From positions 79,484,001-79,548,000 of the forward strand of contig NW_026262701.1 of the NCBI RefSeq assembly GCF_021869535.1: DNA of 64,000 bases, written 5' to 3'. The DNA comes from Mytilus californianus. Its lineage: Eukaryota. The position numbers and the translations under genes were made by a program. Position 1 is the first letter of the stretch, and each line of letters opens with the position of its first letter. Below the pieces are notes generated by a model, which saw only the letters and a list, made by a program, of their open reading frames with translations, did no database searches and had not been told where the DNA came from. Below are positions 1-12,598 of this stretch, in pieces.

Positions 1-30
1 CTGACGTTGTTTTGTTTATCAGCTCATAGA

Positions 31-380
31 CATAATTTTGTCATGTGACCTTGACGTCATCAACGTTTTTTCATGATTTACTCCGGTTTAAAAGGAATTA
101 AGAATAAAATTATAAGAAATGACTGTAATATTTTTTCTGTCTATTCGAAATAACATAATTTTGTCATGTGACCTTGACGTCATCAACGTTTTTTCATGAT
201 TTACTCCTGTTTAAAAGGAATTAAGAATAAAATTGTAAGAAATGACTGTAATATTTTTTCGAAATAACATAAAAATGTGGTGCACACTTTAAAATAACTC
301 GCTACGCGGGTTATTCAGTGTGCACCACATTTTTGATGTTATTTCTTCATCTAGACAGAAAAAATATTACAGTCATTCCT
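31..380. repeat. MITE-like element with a 123-bp internal tandem duplication and long inverted arms
   Basis: CATAATTTTGTCATGTGACC... recurs at 31 and 154. 241-288 (AATGACTGTAATATTTTTT...AATGTGGTGCACAC) is an imperfect inverted repeat of 317-377 (GTGTGCACCACATTTTT...AAAAAATATTACAGTCATT). Confidence 0.6.
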
Positions 381-516
381 TAAATAAAAAGAGAAACAAG
401 AGATACCAAACGGATATTCAAACTCATAAGTCGAAAACAAACTGGCAATGCCATAGCGGATTTTAATTGGTCCGGAAGGGTTAGCAAATAAATGTAATAT
501 AGCTTATTAATTTCAG

Positions 517-2712
517 ATGTGGAAATCAAGTTTTCCAATCTAGAATCGCAATCAACTTGTGTACATGATAGATTCCAAAGAGCTAGTAGAATGATTGTAA
601 ATGAAAAAGTACCGGTATGCAAAAATATTAAATACGACTTCCAGACTTTAAGACATAACTGGACGAAAGAACACTCATGTATAAGTCGTTTTGATGTAGA
701 CGTTCTTAATGGAAAGATGCACATTGCCGAGCAGGGAACACAGGTCCAACTCACTATGGCTAAAGGATTTGTAGGTAAATGTAACAACATCTCAAATGAA
801 TAATCATTATATATACATGCTTTTATGTGACACCACTCGCCATAGGAAGCAAAAGAAAATGAGTTTGAAGAACACGTGACAAAAGTTTTCGAGCATGCAT
901 TTGTTACTTTTTTCATTTAAAAGTTTGTTTGGAGATGTTAGATATTAATTAAAAAGCTCAAATTTTAAAGCAAGGTCAATAAGCATCTAGTGTTGACTTT
1001 AGTGCATACAATTAAGCAGCATGAAGTTGAGCTGTAATTACTAGATGTTAAAAACACAATTTCATATTCGCCAAAAAATTAGAAAATAATGGCATAATTA
1101 TTTTTTAGAATTGAAATGTTTACTCGTAAAAATCCAATCATGTCCTAATTGCCCCTGGCGCACGATGTTACGGGGACAAAGAAATACCCAGCGTCCGTCC
1201 GTCCGTCTGTCCAGTCTTGTAAGCGCTCTATTGTGTTCAATTCTTGCAAGATATCTATAAAATTTATATCAAAGGTTTACATCATCAACATTTCGCCGGA
1301 CAAGTTCGAAAATCAGTGCCGACAATTATTTTTAAAAGAGTTATGCCCCTCAGAATTATTAATTATACATGAATTGCATTGTAAGCACACTCGTACTAAC
1401 ACCTACATTTCTTGAATGATTGTTATGAAATTAATATCAAATGTGTATATAAGGCACTTTCCGCTTTGAATTTTCCTTGGGGTTCGGTATTTTTGTTATT
1501 TTACTTTTAAGCAATATATCGGGTGAGTTTGAAAATCAGCACTGATCTATTACTTTAATAGGAGTTATGTCTCTTTGTCCATATGCTTAGATTAACAAGG
1601 TCTTGAAAGTGTCGATCAACTATTTGTGAGTTATGCCCTGGAAAATAGAAATATTTGGAAAAATGCATTGCTATTAATAAATAGATTTTTAAAAGAACCA
1701 ACAAAAACAAACACATGACTTAGTTATTGCCTTTGGACAGATGCAGATACTTTCTTCAATCGTTTGGATTTTGTGTGGATAGGTTCCTGTCTCAGTGACT
1801 TTCACCCCACTTCTCCTTTTATTGATATCTTTCTAGTACAATTTGTTTACATCCCCATACAGAATTATTTTGAGACTTACCTTTCCCCTTTTCCAAAATC
1901 ATGTAATAGACCGCAAAATGCTCCTTATGTATTTTAGTTGCATCTCTTTTTTTCTTTTCAAGTATGTTGACATTATAATTGATACAATGCAATACCTGCA
2001 TGACTTCAATCTAAAATCTATTAACCATTGTGAACATTTGAAATATATAACTGTTTGAATTCTATTACAGACAGGGAATTGTGGAAAATAAGAAAAGTAA
2101 TATCAGAGGATATCTTGTCACTGGAGGAAGTGGACAAAGACGTTAGGGTATTACAGAACTATTTTGGTAAGTAAACTGACACAAAAAATCCCAATGGATT
2201 TACTTTATTGGATAGACGGTGCATACAAATCAACAATCAATACAAGACGAAAGAGACGGTTCGCAGCTATGAAAATATGTGGAATGTATTAGCCGCGGCG
2301 CTATTGCAAATAACGAAGATGGTAAACATACCACAAAAATAACTGCTTACATTTCCTTGTTAATTGCAATCAGTTATTCAGATGATTCACATGAAATTCC
2401 TTATACTATATATATATATTACATTATTTTAGTACTTAAACAATTTTTTAAGACGTTTCGGCCATGCACTGGCCTTCTTCAGTTTATTTATTATCCTTCT
2501 TAACTCCATGGTAGACATTATAGTTCCACAATTATTAAGATGTTCTTATTAATTGTTGAGATGACAACACTTCTTTGGTAAGCATATCTATTGCAACCTA
2601 TTCCTGATATGACAAACAATTCCCGGATACTACATACCTCATTCACGTATTTGTGTTTGCTTTGGAACAATGTAATTTCTTACCGTATTTTTTTTCTTTT
2701 TCAGGTAGATGA
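517..2712 (+). CDS. 3' exons of an unidentified protein-coding gene (exons 517-774, 2071-2166, probable terminal coding stub 2705-2712)
   Basis: TTTCAG|517..774|GTAAAT (258 nt) and TTACAG|2071..2166|GTAAGT (96 nt) are both phase 1-1 and join in frame: ...VEIKFSNLESQSTCVHDRFQRASRM...QVQLTMAKGFV-D-RELWKIRKVISEDILSLEEVDKDVRVLQNYF. A strong pyrimidine tract plus TCAG at 2701-2704 gives G-R-stop, followed by AATAAA near 2755. No domain recognised. Confidence 0.55.
1140..1510. mobile_element. HINE/DINE-1-like non-autonomous element
   Basis: Terminal hairpin (GCCCCTGG...GGGGAC), then a (CCGT)n microsatellite at about 1193-1210, and an AGAGTTATGCCCCT motif shared with other copies in the window. Confidence 0.5.
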
Positions 2713-2939
2713 AGCAAACACCAACTCCATGGAAGATGGCCAGTTCTTAAAACTAATAAAATGTCGTTTTGTTATTAAGCAGTACTGTTGTATTTGTTAT
2801 TATTGGTGACAGTTTTTTTTTTATCAAATACTGTCGTTTAAGAATTATCAAAATGTCATCTTGTAATTATAACTAAAGGAAATTTAACCGAAAAAATATA
2901 GCTTAAAAAACGACGCATAAACTGATTCTGATAATCATG

Positions 2940-3715
2940 AATAAAATGCTTTGCTGAGCGCAGCTGGATACGACCGCAAAGGTCCAACTCTGAACAGTTG
3001 GGGCGAAAATGGACACAATATTCGCGCTTGATACAGGTCTGAATTTGGGTTGTAATTAAATATTTGACACATAATAGGTTTCTGACACAGAATAACTGTA
3101 GTCAAAGAACTTAGAATTGGTTATATGATTTGAATTTATATTCAATTTTTTGCTTTTGTGCAATACACTAAGCTGTTGCCAACTGACCCCCCCCCCCCCC
3201 AAAAAAAAAAAGATGTGGTCATAATCTCAATTCAAATTTCCAATGGAGTTTGCAACCATAATTACCAATTTAAATACATCATAAAAGTCTTAAATAGATA
3301 ATTTAAAAGCAGTGTAAGGGAGGTAATCCAACATTTGTTTTTGGATTACCTCCCTTACACTGCTTTTAAATTGTCCATTAGCCAGGAAGCCCTTGTTTCC
3401 CCTTTATTGCCCCTAATTCCTAAACGGTTTGAGCCATAACCCCTCAAAGCCAATCCTAACCATCCCTTTGTGGTATGGAAACTTGTGGTTTAATTTCAGA
3501 GAGATCCATACACTTAAACACAAGTTATTGTCTGGAAGTTACAAAAATGCTTATTTTTTACCCGTAATTCCTTGACTGTTGGTACCATAACCCCCCAAAA
3601 TCAATCCCAACCTTCCTTTTGTGGTATTGAACCTTATGTTAAAATTTCATAGAAAGTTATTGTGCGAAAACCAATGTGTCTTCAGATGAAGACGACGACG
3701 TCATACCAATATACG
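2940..3715. mobile_element. HINE-like element with about 150-bp internal repeats
   Basis: Its roughly 130-bp head (GCTGAGCGCAGC...AATTAAATATTTGACA) is shared with 5189-5320. Two related internal units sit at about 3415 and 3565. The tail is GACGACGACGTCATACCAATATACG. Confidence 0.55.
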
Positions 3716-5188
3716 TAAAAATTGGTAAAAAAATGAAACGAAAATTCTATTAAAATTAATAACATTTTACAATTCTATCATTACATCATGCCTATGCCGA
3801 CAAGCATAATCGACCAAAAAGGAACAATTCAATCACTGTTTGAAGCATACCGTACATGTTCAGAAGGAAAAATAACAGTTTTACGACGAACTAAGGGAAA
3901 GAAAGAAGAAAAACAAGTATAATATATTCAACAGTATTTACTGAATCATTCCCGGGTACCTGGTTTTATCTGTAGTGATGAAGGGTATCTCCTTACTATT
4001 ATTATTTCTCTGTAAGTTCTTTGTAAAAATTTATATTTCTTTTAAAAGAATAGTACTATATATTTTTTTATGTGAAAAGGTTATTGTTTGAAGACCACTA
4101 AAATCATACAACTAATATAATTTACATAATGATTTTATGTCATGATTAATGCAAATGATAGATTACAGGAGTGATTGCTCTAAAATGAGGGTTTTTTTTA
4201 CCCTCTTGTGTTTTGAGCAAAAAATAAAGATAGCGAGAAGCTAAACAGACTTAATGGTCAGCAATACAAGATCAACAAAACAGAGATTTCTGTCATGAAT
4301 TCTATTCTCGTCTACAATGTTGGAGAGTGTCCTTTGTTGAATATGCACATAGACTCATGATTTCATGAGAATAATTAGTACATCTTCAAATCATAATTCC
4401 AGTGATGAATAGATATGACACTTCTTACAAAGTTTTAAACTATCAAAACTTTAAACAAATTGCAATTCCCTAGGTCAAAGTTGACCTCAAACTGTTATGG
4501 CTGCAGGTGCAGATTCAGGCAGATGGCCAGTCTCATCCTTATCATGGAAATTATGTTTTTAGAACAATTTCTGATTTTGAATTGCAAAGTGCATATTCAA
4601 GATACAGTTTTTGTTACAATATAATAGAAAGAAGGACAAATTTACTGAGGATAATAAAAGTAAATTTTAATACACTTCCTGATACATTTCGTTGAAGTAT
4701 CCTTAGACGATTTTTTTTTATTATACATGTAGTCAGAAACAGATATTTTGTTGTAGATTTAGAGTACTTGAATAAATGAAATAAAACAATAACCAAAAGT
4801 TGTTTTGATTAGTTTAATAATCAAATGTCATTTTCTTGTTAATTATTATGTACTGTTGAAATGGCATAAGGTTTTAAAATTCTGATTCAGTTGATTGAAT
4901 GATTGCTGCTTGCAAAATGTCTAGTGACAAATATTTCATGCATATTCAGGATAAGCCGAGTTGCACAATGTGTTAATGAACAATAACTTCTACATCTTTA
5001 AAGGTACTAGAGCTGATAATTTCTCTATTTAAGGCCTCAATTTAATATTTGACACTGAGAATAATGGAAAGGACCAGAAATCCTACACTCGATATTTGGT
5101 CTCTGTCTCATTGGCAATCATTCCACATCTTCTTATCTTTATATAGCTAACCCCATTTGTAAAATGTACAGCTTTGTTGTCCAATTAT

Positions 5189-5897
5189 AATAAACTGCTT
5201 CGCTGAGCGCAGCTAGGTACGCCCTCAGAGGTCCAACCCTGAACAGTTGGGGCAAAAATGGACACGATATTCAAGCTTGATTCAGGTCTGAATTTGGATT
5301 GTAATTAAATATTTGACATATTATTTTTGAGTTATTGTCCGAAAACTGGAAAATCACCCCTTTTTTTAATGAACAAAACCCCATAACTCAGAAATATAAA
5401 AAGTAAAATTTATAAAATTCTAAAGGGAGCTTACATCATTACATACAAACAATTCACAAAATTTTCATAAGAATTGCTGAAAGCATTTTTGAGTTTTTGT
5501 CCGATAACTGGAAAATATCCCCTTTTTTTATGAATAAAACCCTGTAACTCGGAAACCTAAAATCTAAAATTTATAAAAATCGAAAGGGAGCTCATGTCAA
5601 TAGATATAAACAATTCACCACAATTTCTTGCAAGTTGGTGAAAGCATTCTTGACTTATTGTCCGAAAACTGGAAAATCCCCCTTTTTTTAATGAATAAAA
5701 CACCATAACTCGGAAACGTAAAATCTAAATTTTATAAAAAACGAAAGTGAGCTCACGTCAATAGATATAAACAATTCACCAAAGTTTTATGCAAATTGGT
5801 TAAAGCAATTTTGAGTTAATGTCCGACATGTTGACGACGGACAGACGGACGGACAACGTTATACCATAATACGTCCCGTAAACGGGCGTATAAAAAA
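5189..5897. mobile_element. HINE-like element with three 161-bp central tandem repeats
   Basis: GAGTTATTGTCC unit anchors at 5329, 5491, 5652 and 5813. Then a GACGGACAGACGGACGG microsatellite, the terminal hairpin ATACGTCCCGTAAACGGGCGTAT and an A tail. Confidence 0.7.
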
Positions 5898-5922
5898 TTA
5901 TTGGAAAAAATATATATAAAAA

Positions 5923-6094
5923 CAGTGGCGGATCTAAAAATTTTCATAAGGGGGCCCACTGACTACCTAAGAAGGGGCCCGCTCCAGTCATGCTTCAGTG
6001 ATTCCCTAAATAATCAACCAAATTTTCCCACAAAAGGGGGGGGGGGGGGGGGGGGGGATCGGGCCCCCTGGAAGACCCTCTAAATCCGCCTCTG
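5923..6094. mobile_element. CAG...CTG MITE (CAGTGGCGGATC ... AATCCGCCTCTG) containing a poly-G tract
   Basis: Imperfect TIRs with AAAAA on both flanks. Same style as the elements at 25531-25761 and 50797. Confidence 0.65.
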
Positions 6095-6544
6095 AAAAAT
6101 GCATGAGAAAGCATTAATTAATGACAAAAGTATAAAACAAAATAAGATAGAAGATTTTTTGGCGTATAAAAAAAGTTGTTGATAGTACATTGATTTATTA
6201 TTAAGCCCCTGAATACATTGTAGCTCTCAACTCATTTTAAATGATGATATTACTATAACTGACACAAGGAAAAGTATCAATGATTCTCGAAAAACACATC
6301 CTATAATTCAACTGGAAAATGATACTTCTCCATCTTCAGCAGCGCAATGTTTCACATAAAATTGTAGGCAAAATAATCATCCAATAGCTATCAAACATAA
6401 CATCAGGTACATATTTATTTCACAATTCAGATCCATTCACTCAAAGCTTCACAAAAATCTGTTCTGCAAACTGTTAATCTGATGATTAATATCAAGCCTG
6501 CAACATTTCTTTCCTAGTTAACACTTGTCACAAAATAACAAATT

Positions 6545-9500
6545 TCAGGTTGGTTGGTCGTCTCTTAGGGCTCTATAAGTGTTGATCTCATTTGGAAAAA
6601 CTTTTGTCAACTCCACCAGTAAACTAGCTTTGAATCTCTGAAATCAATCCAGTAAGTTAGTTTTATATATGTTTATCATAATTAAATTACTTATACTGAA
6701 AAAATCTTTGAATAACATGTCTTTCATTCATCTCAATCGTGGCATAAAAAATGTAGATTGATAAAAACAGACTTCTTTTTAATTTCAGAAAATGCATATA
6801 TCTCATGTATATGCAGTAAAAAGTTACACAGGATAAAAGTACAAGTGCAGCAAATTAAGCTGTACATATTTTATAGGATAAGATAAGTCAAAGCAAATCC
6901 AATTAGTTTATATATTTATCATCATTACTGTCAATTAGGTCTACTGAAATAAACTTTGAATAAAATTCCTTTTCATTCATCTAAATCATGGCTTAAAAAA
7001 TGCAAATTAAAACAAAAAACAGACTTCTTTTTAATTTCAGAAAATGTATAATCATGTATATGCAGTAAAAAGTTCCATAATGCTTAAAGAATCAGTAATG
7101 CATCTAACCATTCAAATGAAAACTTAGTGGTTTTTATTGAAATTAGCCGAAAAAACTTGCACAGTAAATCTGAACTTAAAATTTAACTTTGCATTGTATA
7201 TCTAATAAGGAAATAGAAGGTTTAGGCAAGATTTTGAATTGAGTTATCTCCCTTTGTCCATAATTGTAGGCAGATCAGATAGAATCATAGAACATACATT
7301 ACTTTTTGCAACTTATGTAATCTTTAATAAAATAGTTCTTGACAAGTACGGTTATCCATATTCAAATCATTTTGGAACTTGAATATCTTAAATAAAATAC
7401 ATTATTAAATAATTGCTTGACATGGGCATGGATATGATTTAAAAAATGTTTACCACAGATGTGGTCTAAAATATCAAGCCAGTTACAATAGGCTTTTGCT
7501 TGTGCAATCTTTCCTCTAGATACCAAGAGACAACTAGAATTTCAACATACTGTATTCAACAACTGATAAGTGAATGTTAACCCTCTATTGTCAGGATTCT
7601 GGACTAGATATGAATATTTTATAGACTTCCAAAGATATGCCATCAACATCAAATACCATTACGAACAAAACAAAGAAATCTACTGACTCACTGACAGGGT
7701 ACCAGACTAGGGAAAGGCAAATTATTACCACTTTGTAGGTTTAAACAGTATTGTTAACACACCCCCACCCCCACCTACCAAACCTTTCTATATCAATCAG
7801 TTAAATAACAAAGATGTTACAGAGAAGAACTAACATTACTAATCAATTCCTCAAAAGCACTTAACTCAATAATACATGTATTACTGACGACAATCAAAGC
7901 ATTCATGGCATAGCTGATGTTGAAATGTGATCCAGCCAAACTGATTAAATTGCACATCAACATGATATTTCTTTTGAGAACTGGGAAAACCAAATTGTGA
8001 GAGGGGAATGTCTTTCTGTGTCTCTAGTTAACCAGTCTGGCTTGTTTACACAGCGAGATCCTCATTTATTTAAAAAAAAAAACCCACATTGATATTCATG
8101 CCCAACTTGTACCAAATCTTACTCAATTACTTCCACAAGCATAAGATACTGATGAAATATTTTTACAATATCGTATCAAAATTACATTTAAAAAAAAAAA
8201 AAAATAATATGTATACTGTGCAGAAGTATCAAAAACTGTTAATTTTTACATATTCAGCCCATTATTTTCTCTTTTAAATTGTTTTACATTTATTTTTTCA
8301 GGGTTTTTATAGCTGACTAAACTGTATGGGTTTTGCTCATTGTTGTAGACTGTACTTGACTTATAGTTGTAAACTTCTATGTCATTTGGTCTCTGGTGGT
8401 GAGTTGTCTCAATGGCAATCATCATGATCATACCACATCTTCTTATTTTTATATGATTTTCTTAAACATTACCTTTAAATTATCAATCTTTCCTTTGACT
8501 TGTTCATTCTTGGCCAATGTTTTCTCCAAACAGTCCTTAGTATAAAGGTTGGGATTCTTACCCTGATCAATGTAACTGAAAACAATTAGAAAATTTAAAA
8601 ATAATTCAAATATATCAATGCTGATATTATCCATCAGTTAGTGTCAGTATTCATTTTTATCCTTGTACAAACATATACTCATGTATACTGAACAAACGGG
8701 AAGAAGTTAAGTTGTTAGTTCTCATTTGTTGAATTTTTGAAAAGCATGGCATGTACCTGTATCTGACATATTAATGCTACATGTACTATAAGTATGTAAG
8801 CAAAAGTTTTTATAAAATACTCTTTGTCAAATTAACTTGTAAATGTACTCTGTCATGGTCTGTAAACCATGCAGTTGTTGTAATGCATGTACAAAACAAT
8901 GTACAAAATTTTTCTATGTTGTATTTGACAAATACTGCCTCTTATGATTTTTTATGATATACTTAATCCTTACTCAAAAACCTCCAATGGAACACTGATA
9001 TCGGCCATCTGTGACTTCATTTTGTCTACTTCCTGCATTCCTGTGATCATTTCATTTCTGCAAAAGAAACATAAAAGTAATTTCAAAAAAAAAAAAAAAA
9101 AAACTGTTTACAAATATATACTTTTAATATATTTTACAATTACAGAATGTTTGTTAATGACAGACATTATCATGAACATGTATGTTCTACTTCCACAAAC
9201 TTATTAATTTTGACAGAGTTGATCTTAAAATAATCCATATATCAGTTTTAACATCTCAATTCAACCTTAAGTTCCCTTGTTTAGTTTACTAAAAATATAA
9301 CTGAGTATTGTCAATATAATAATAATATTATAAATAAACAGCTGCGATATGAGCGCATGATACGCCTGTTCCTTTTTCAAAGAATAAAGTTCAATAACTC
9401 CTCAATGTCATATCAGAAATTTATAAAAAACTAAAGGGAGGTTGTTTTAATAGATGTAAACCAGTCACCAAATGTTCATGAAAACTGCTCAAAGCACTTT

Positions 9501-12432
9501 TGAGTTATTGTCAAGAAACTGGAAAATCACCCCTTTTTTTATGAATCAAAAACCATAACTCGGAAACGTTAAAACTAAAATTTATAAAAATCCAAAGGGA
9601 GCTTATGTCCATAGATATAAACAATTCACCAAAGTTTCATGAAACTAGTCAAAGCATTTTTTGAGTTATTGTCCGAAAACTGGAAAATACCCCTTTTTTA
9701 ATGAAAAAAAACCCATAACTTTGAAATATAAAATCTAAAATTCATAAAAATCGAAAGGGATCTAACGTTTATAGATATAAACAATTCATCAAAGTTTCAT
9801 GCAAATTGGATTAAGCTTTTTTAGTGTTATTGTCGGAAATGTTGACGACTAACAGACAACGGTATACCATAATACGTCCCCTAAAGGGGCGTATAAAAAC
9901 AATATTAGTAAAAAGAATTACAGGGTTAATGTTCATTCTGTATTATCAACTGAAAAGTAGAGATATAAAATTAGACAGGAAAACAAATTAAACAATGAGA
10001 CCAATACTGGGTCTGCAAAGTACCTTGATTGTACCATCAGTTCAGACATGAAATGGAAAATCATAATATGTAATAAGGCAAAGAAGACCATAGGATTTCT
10101 GAAACAGAACCTCAATATTAACAACACCATTAAAAGGAAACTGCATACATGTACAAATCTCTTGTTAGACAAACTAGTGGTATACATACAGTCTTCGACC
10201 CTATCCAGCAGAACAACAAACACGGGCTGGAAACAGTACAAAGAAAAGCAGCAAGATATGTCACTAACAGTTATCACAAAACCTCATCTGTTACTTACAT
10301 GCTTAACCAACTTGAAGGGAAAACCCTTGAAGATAAAATAAAAATATCCAGACTCACAATGATGTACAAACCTGCCAATAGGATGGTCATTGTTGGCACA
10401 GAAAACATTCTCACTCAACCAGACAGACTATCACATAACATACATGTACATTTACACATCAACGGTTTCCAAGTACCATTGTGTAAAACAGAAGTGAAGA
10501 AAGAATCTTTTTACCCAAGAACAATATTAGAGATTGGAAAGCATGGCCCTATCACATGCCGCCACCAGTGCTGTTAGTCTTGAATGTACATGTATCAAGA
10601 CTCACCTACATTTTTTTAACATGAGACGATCTAGACCACTGCTTAGGATGCTTTTAACCTCACTTTATATACATGTACAATCTGTTACCTACTCTTAAAT
10701 CAGATTCAAACTTCTTTAAAACTTGTTAATTTATTTTGTGTTTCACTGTGTTTTGATTATTCCACATTGGCAAGAATTGAGATCTCACAAAACATTTATA
10801 ATCCTGCCCATTTTCGCCTGTCACAAGTCAGGAAACTCAAGCCTTTGTTAGTCATGCATGATTTTAAATTTTGATTTAATTGTATGTTTCAGAGTTTAGT
10901 GTGGTGTCCATATTGCTGAACTAGCTATACATATAGTATACATTATTGTTTAGGGGCCAGATGAAGCCTGCCTTGGGTGATGGATTTTCTTGCTATGTTG
11001 TAGACCCATTGGTTGCCTTGGGTAGTTTTCTGCTCTATGCCTATGGTTGGGTTGTTGTCTCTTTGACACATTCCCCAATAAAATTTCCAGTCTATTCTAT
11101 AAATTATTATGTATAGCACATTCCTCCCTTTTTCCTTATAGGTTATTTACATGCTCATCCAAAAGTGTCTGAATAATCCGTTTATTGATGGTGGTCGCGA
11201 AAATTAAAAGTAGAAGTTCAAGTAGAAATAAGAATGAATTTAGATGATAAATTTTGTACAGAAATTTTATCCCCCCCTTTTCCACCCAAAAGTGATTCTT
11301 CTTCTTCTGATATACAGTTTCAGCTTCATTTATTTTAAGATTACGAACGATAAATCATGACGGAGTGTCACCTAATGTAATTCATATAAAAAAGAAGATG
11401 TGGTATGATTGCCAATGAGACAACTCTCCACAAGAGACCAAATGACACAGAAATTAACCACTATATGTCACCGTACGGCCTTCAACAATGAGCAAAGCCC
11501 ATACCGCACAGTCAGCTATAAAAGACCTCGAAATGACAATGTAAAACAATTCAAACGAGAAAACTAATGGCCTAATTTATGTACAAAAAAGAACGAATAA
11601 CAAATATGTAACACATAAACAAACGACAACCACTGAATTACAGGCTCCTGAATTGGGACAGGCACATACATACAGAATGTGGCGGGGTTAAACATGTTAG
11701 TGGGATCCCAACCCTCCCCCTAACCTGGGACAGTGGTGTAACAGTACAACATAAGAACGACTATAAAAATCAGTTGAAAGAGGCTTAACTCATCAGATGG
11801 ATAAAAATACAAATAATACAAATACAAGTGGACGTGGCCGGGTACTTGTACATCCAAACAACAAAAAGACACCAAGTAGGGATCTGAGAGTACTCGCAGT
11901 TACTGATAGCTAGTTCAAAGCCACTAACAATTAATAAAAAAAAAAAAATCATGCATCTAAGACTAAATTATCAATTCGTACACATCCTACATCCAATGAA
12001 TTTAGTGTAAAGACGTCATAAACAGTCAGAGAAAAACATGACCTTGTGCAATTCCAAGATACAGGTATCGACAGATTGTAGATCCATGAATGTGTATATG
12101 TATATAACAATAATATTTAGTTTGCTTTTAATTTACTGATAACAAAATCAATATTAGTACCAATAAAAACAATATTTAATGAACTAATTACAGTGTTGAA
12201 TTGATAACCTTTTAGAATAAGTTTATTTAAAGGATCGATAAGTTTACCAGGATCGTTTCTAAATTTCCGGGCACGGATGAGGATGTGCAATTTTTACTTA
12301 CAACTTTTTATTCAAAACGGCTTGGCTATTTGGTTGCACATCGCTCACAATTATTCCTACTTGTCTGGTTGTTTCTATAAAAAGCTCTAACTGTTGTTCC
12401 AAGGCCTCAAAACGACTAATTTTCTCGCTCAT
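6545..12432 (-). CDS. MED10: Mediator of RNA polymerase II transcription subunit 10; exons 12432-12302, 9057-8974, 8575-8473, 6637-6545 (411 nt, 136 aa)
   Basis: Spliced translation MSEKISRFEALEQQLELFIETTRQVGIIVSDVQPNSQAVLNKKLNEMITGMQEVDKMKSQMADISVPLEVFDYIDQGKNPNLYTKDCLEKTLAKNEQVKGKIDNLKRFKASLLVELTKVFPNEINTYRALRDDQPT* matches the MED10 signature (VPLEVFxYIDQGxNPxLYTKxCLE...AKNEQVKGKID). All introns are GT-AG and phase-consistent. Confidence 0.97.
6650..7080. repeat. Diverged direct duplication of about 245 bp in MED10 intron 3
   Basis: AAAAACAGACTTCTTTTTAATTTCAGAAAATG...CATGTATATGCAGTAAAAAGTT occurs at about 6763-6825 and again at about 7015-7075, with similar upstream blocks. Confidence 0.7.
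9333..9899. mobile_element. HINE-like element with two 161-bp central repeats (MED10 intron 1)
   Basis: Unit anchors at 9502, 9663 and about 9824. The terminal hairpin ATACGTCCCCTAAAGGGGCGTAT and the central repeats are the same family as 5329-5897. Confidence 0.7.
9985..10575 (+). mobile_element. Degraded CR1/L2-type LINE 3' fragment (C-terminal part of ORF2)
   Basis: Frameshifted pieces read CNKAKKTIGFLKQNL / YKSLVR...ETVQRKAARYVTNSYHKTSSVTYMLNQL...RLTMMYK, typical of the region after the RT domain in CR1/L2-clade LINEs. Confidence 0.8.
11385..12215 (+). repeat. Longest copy of an abundant dispersed repeat (AAGAAGATGTGGTATGATTGCCAATGAGACAACTCTCC...)
   Basis: The same motif occurs in reverse at about 5075-5140, 8280-8450, 16650-16830, 40420-40530, 42400-42450 and 43620-43670, and forward at about 42285. 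Class not determined. Confidence 0.75.
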
Positions 12433-12598
12433 GTTTTCTATTATTTTAAACCGGAAATTATGGAGGGAGATAACTCTAAAAAATTGACAGGGGCAAATAA
12501 CTCTGAAAATCTACATGAATGAAGTTCTGATGGAGCATGAATGATAAATATCTACAAAATATAAAATGAAAATGCTTGATTGAGATGAAAGCATAAAA
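12433..12598. promoter_or_regulatory. Putative bidirectional promoter / 5' region shared by MED10 and TIMM21
   Basis: 166 bp between divergent ATGs. An ETS/GABP-like CCGGAAAT sits at 12451-12458, followed by two direct copies of GGG(A/C)(G/A)ATAACTCT at about 12465 and 12491. Confidence 0.6.

Noticed and set aside
380-916. 178-aa minus-strand ORF, the longest non-transposon ORF in the track
   Set aside because: It is antisense to the splice-site-bounded exon 517-774, runs into a repeat fragment, and shows no recognisable domain. Treated as a shadow ORF.
1741-2001. Overlapping open stretches on both strands with splice-like signals
   Set aside because: The two readings conflict, neither resembles a known protein, and the 774-2071 join works without them.
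11780-11800. CTGATGA on the minus strand (also + strand at about 50386 and 25454)
   Set aside because: No stem II, GAAA or NUH follows, so these are not hammerheads.
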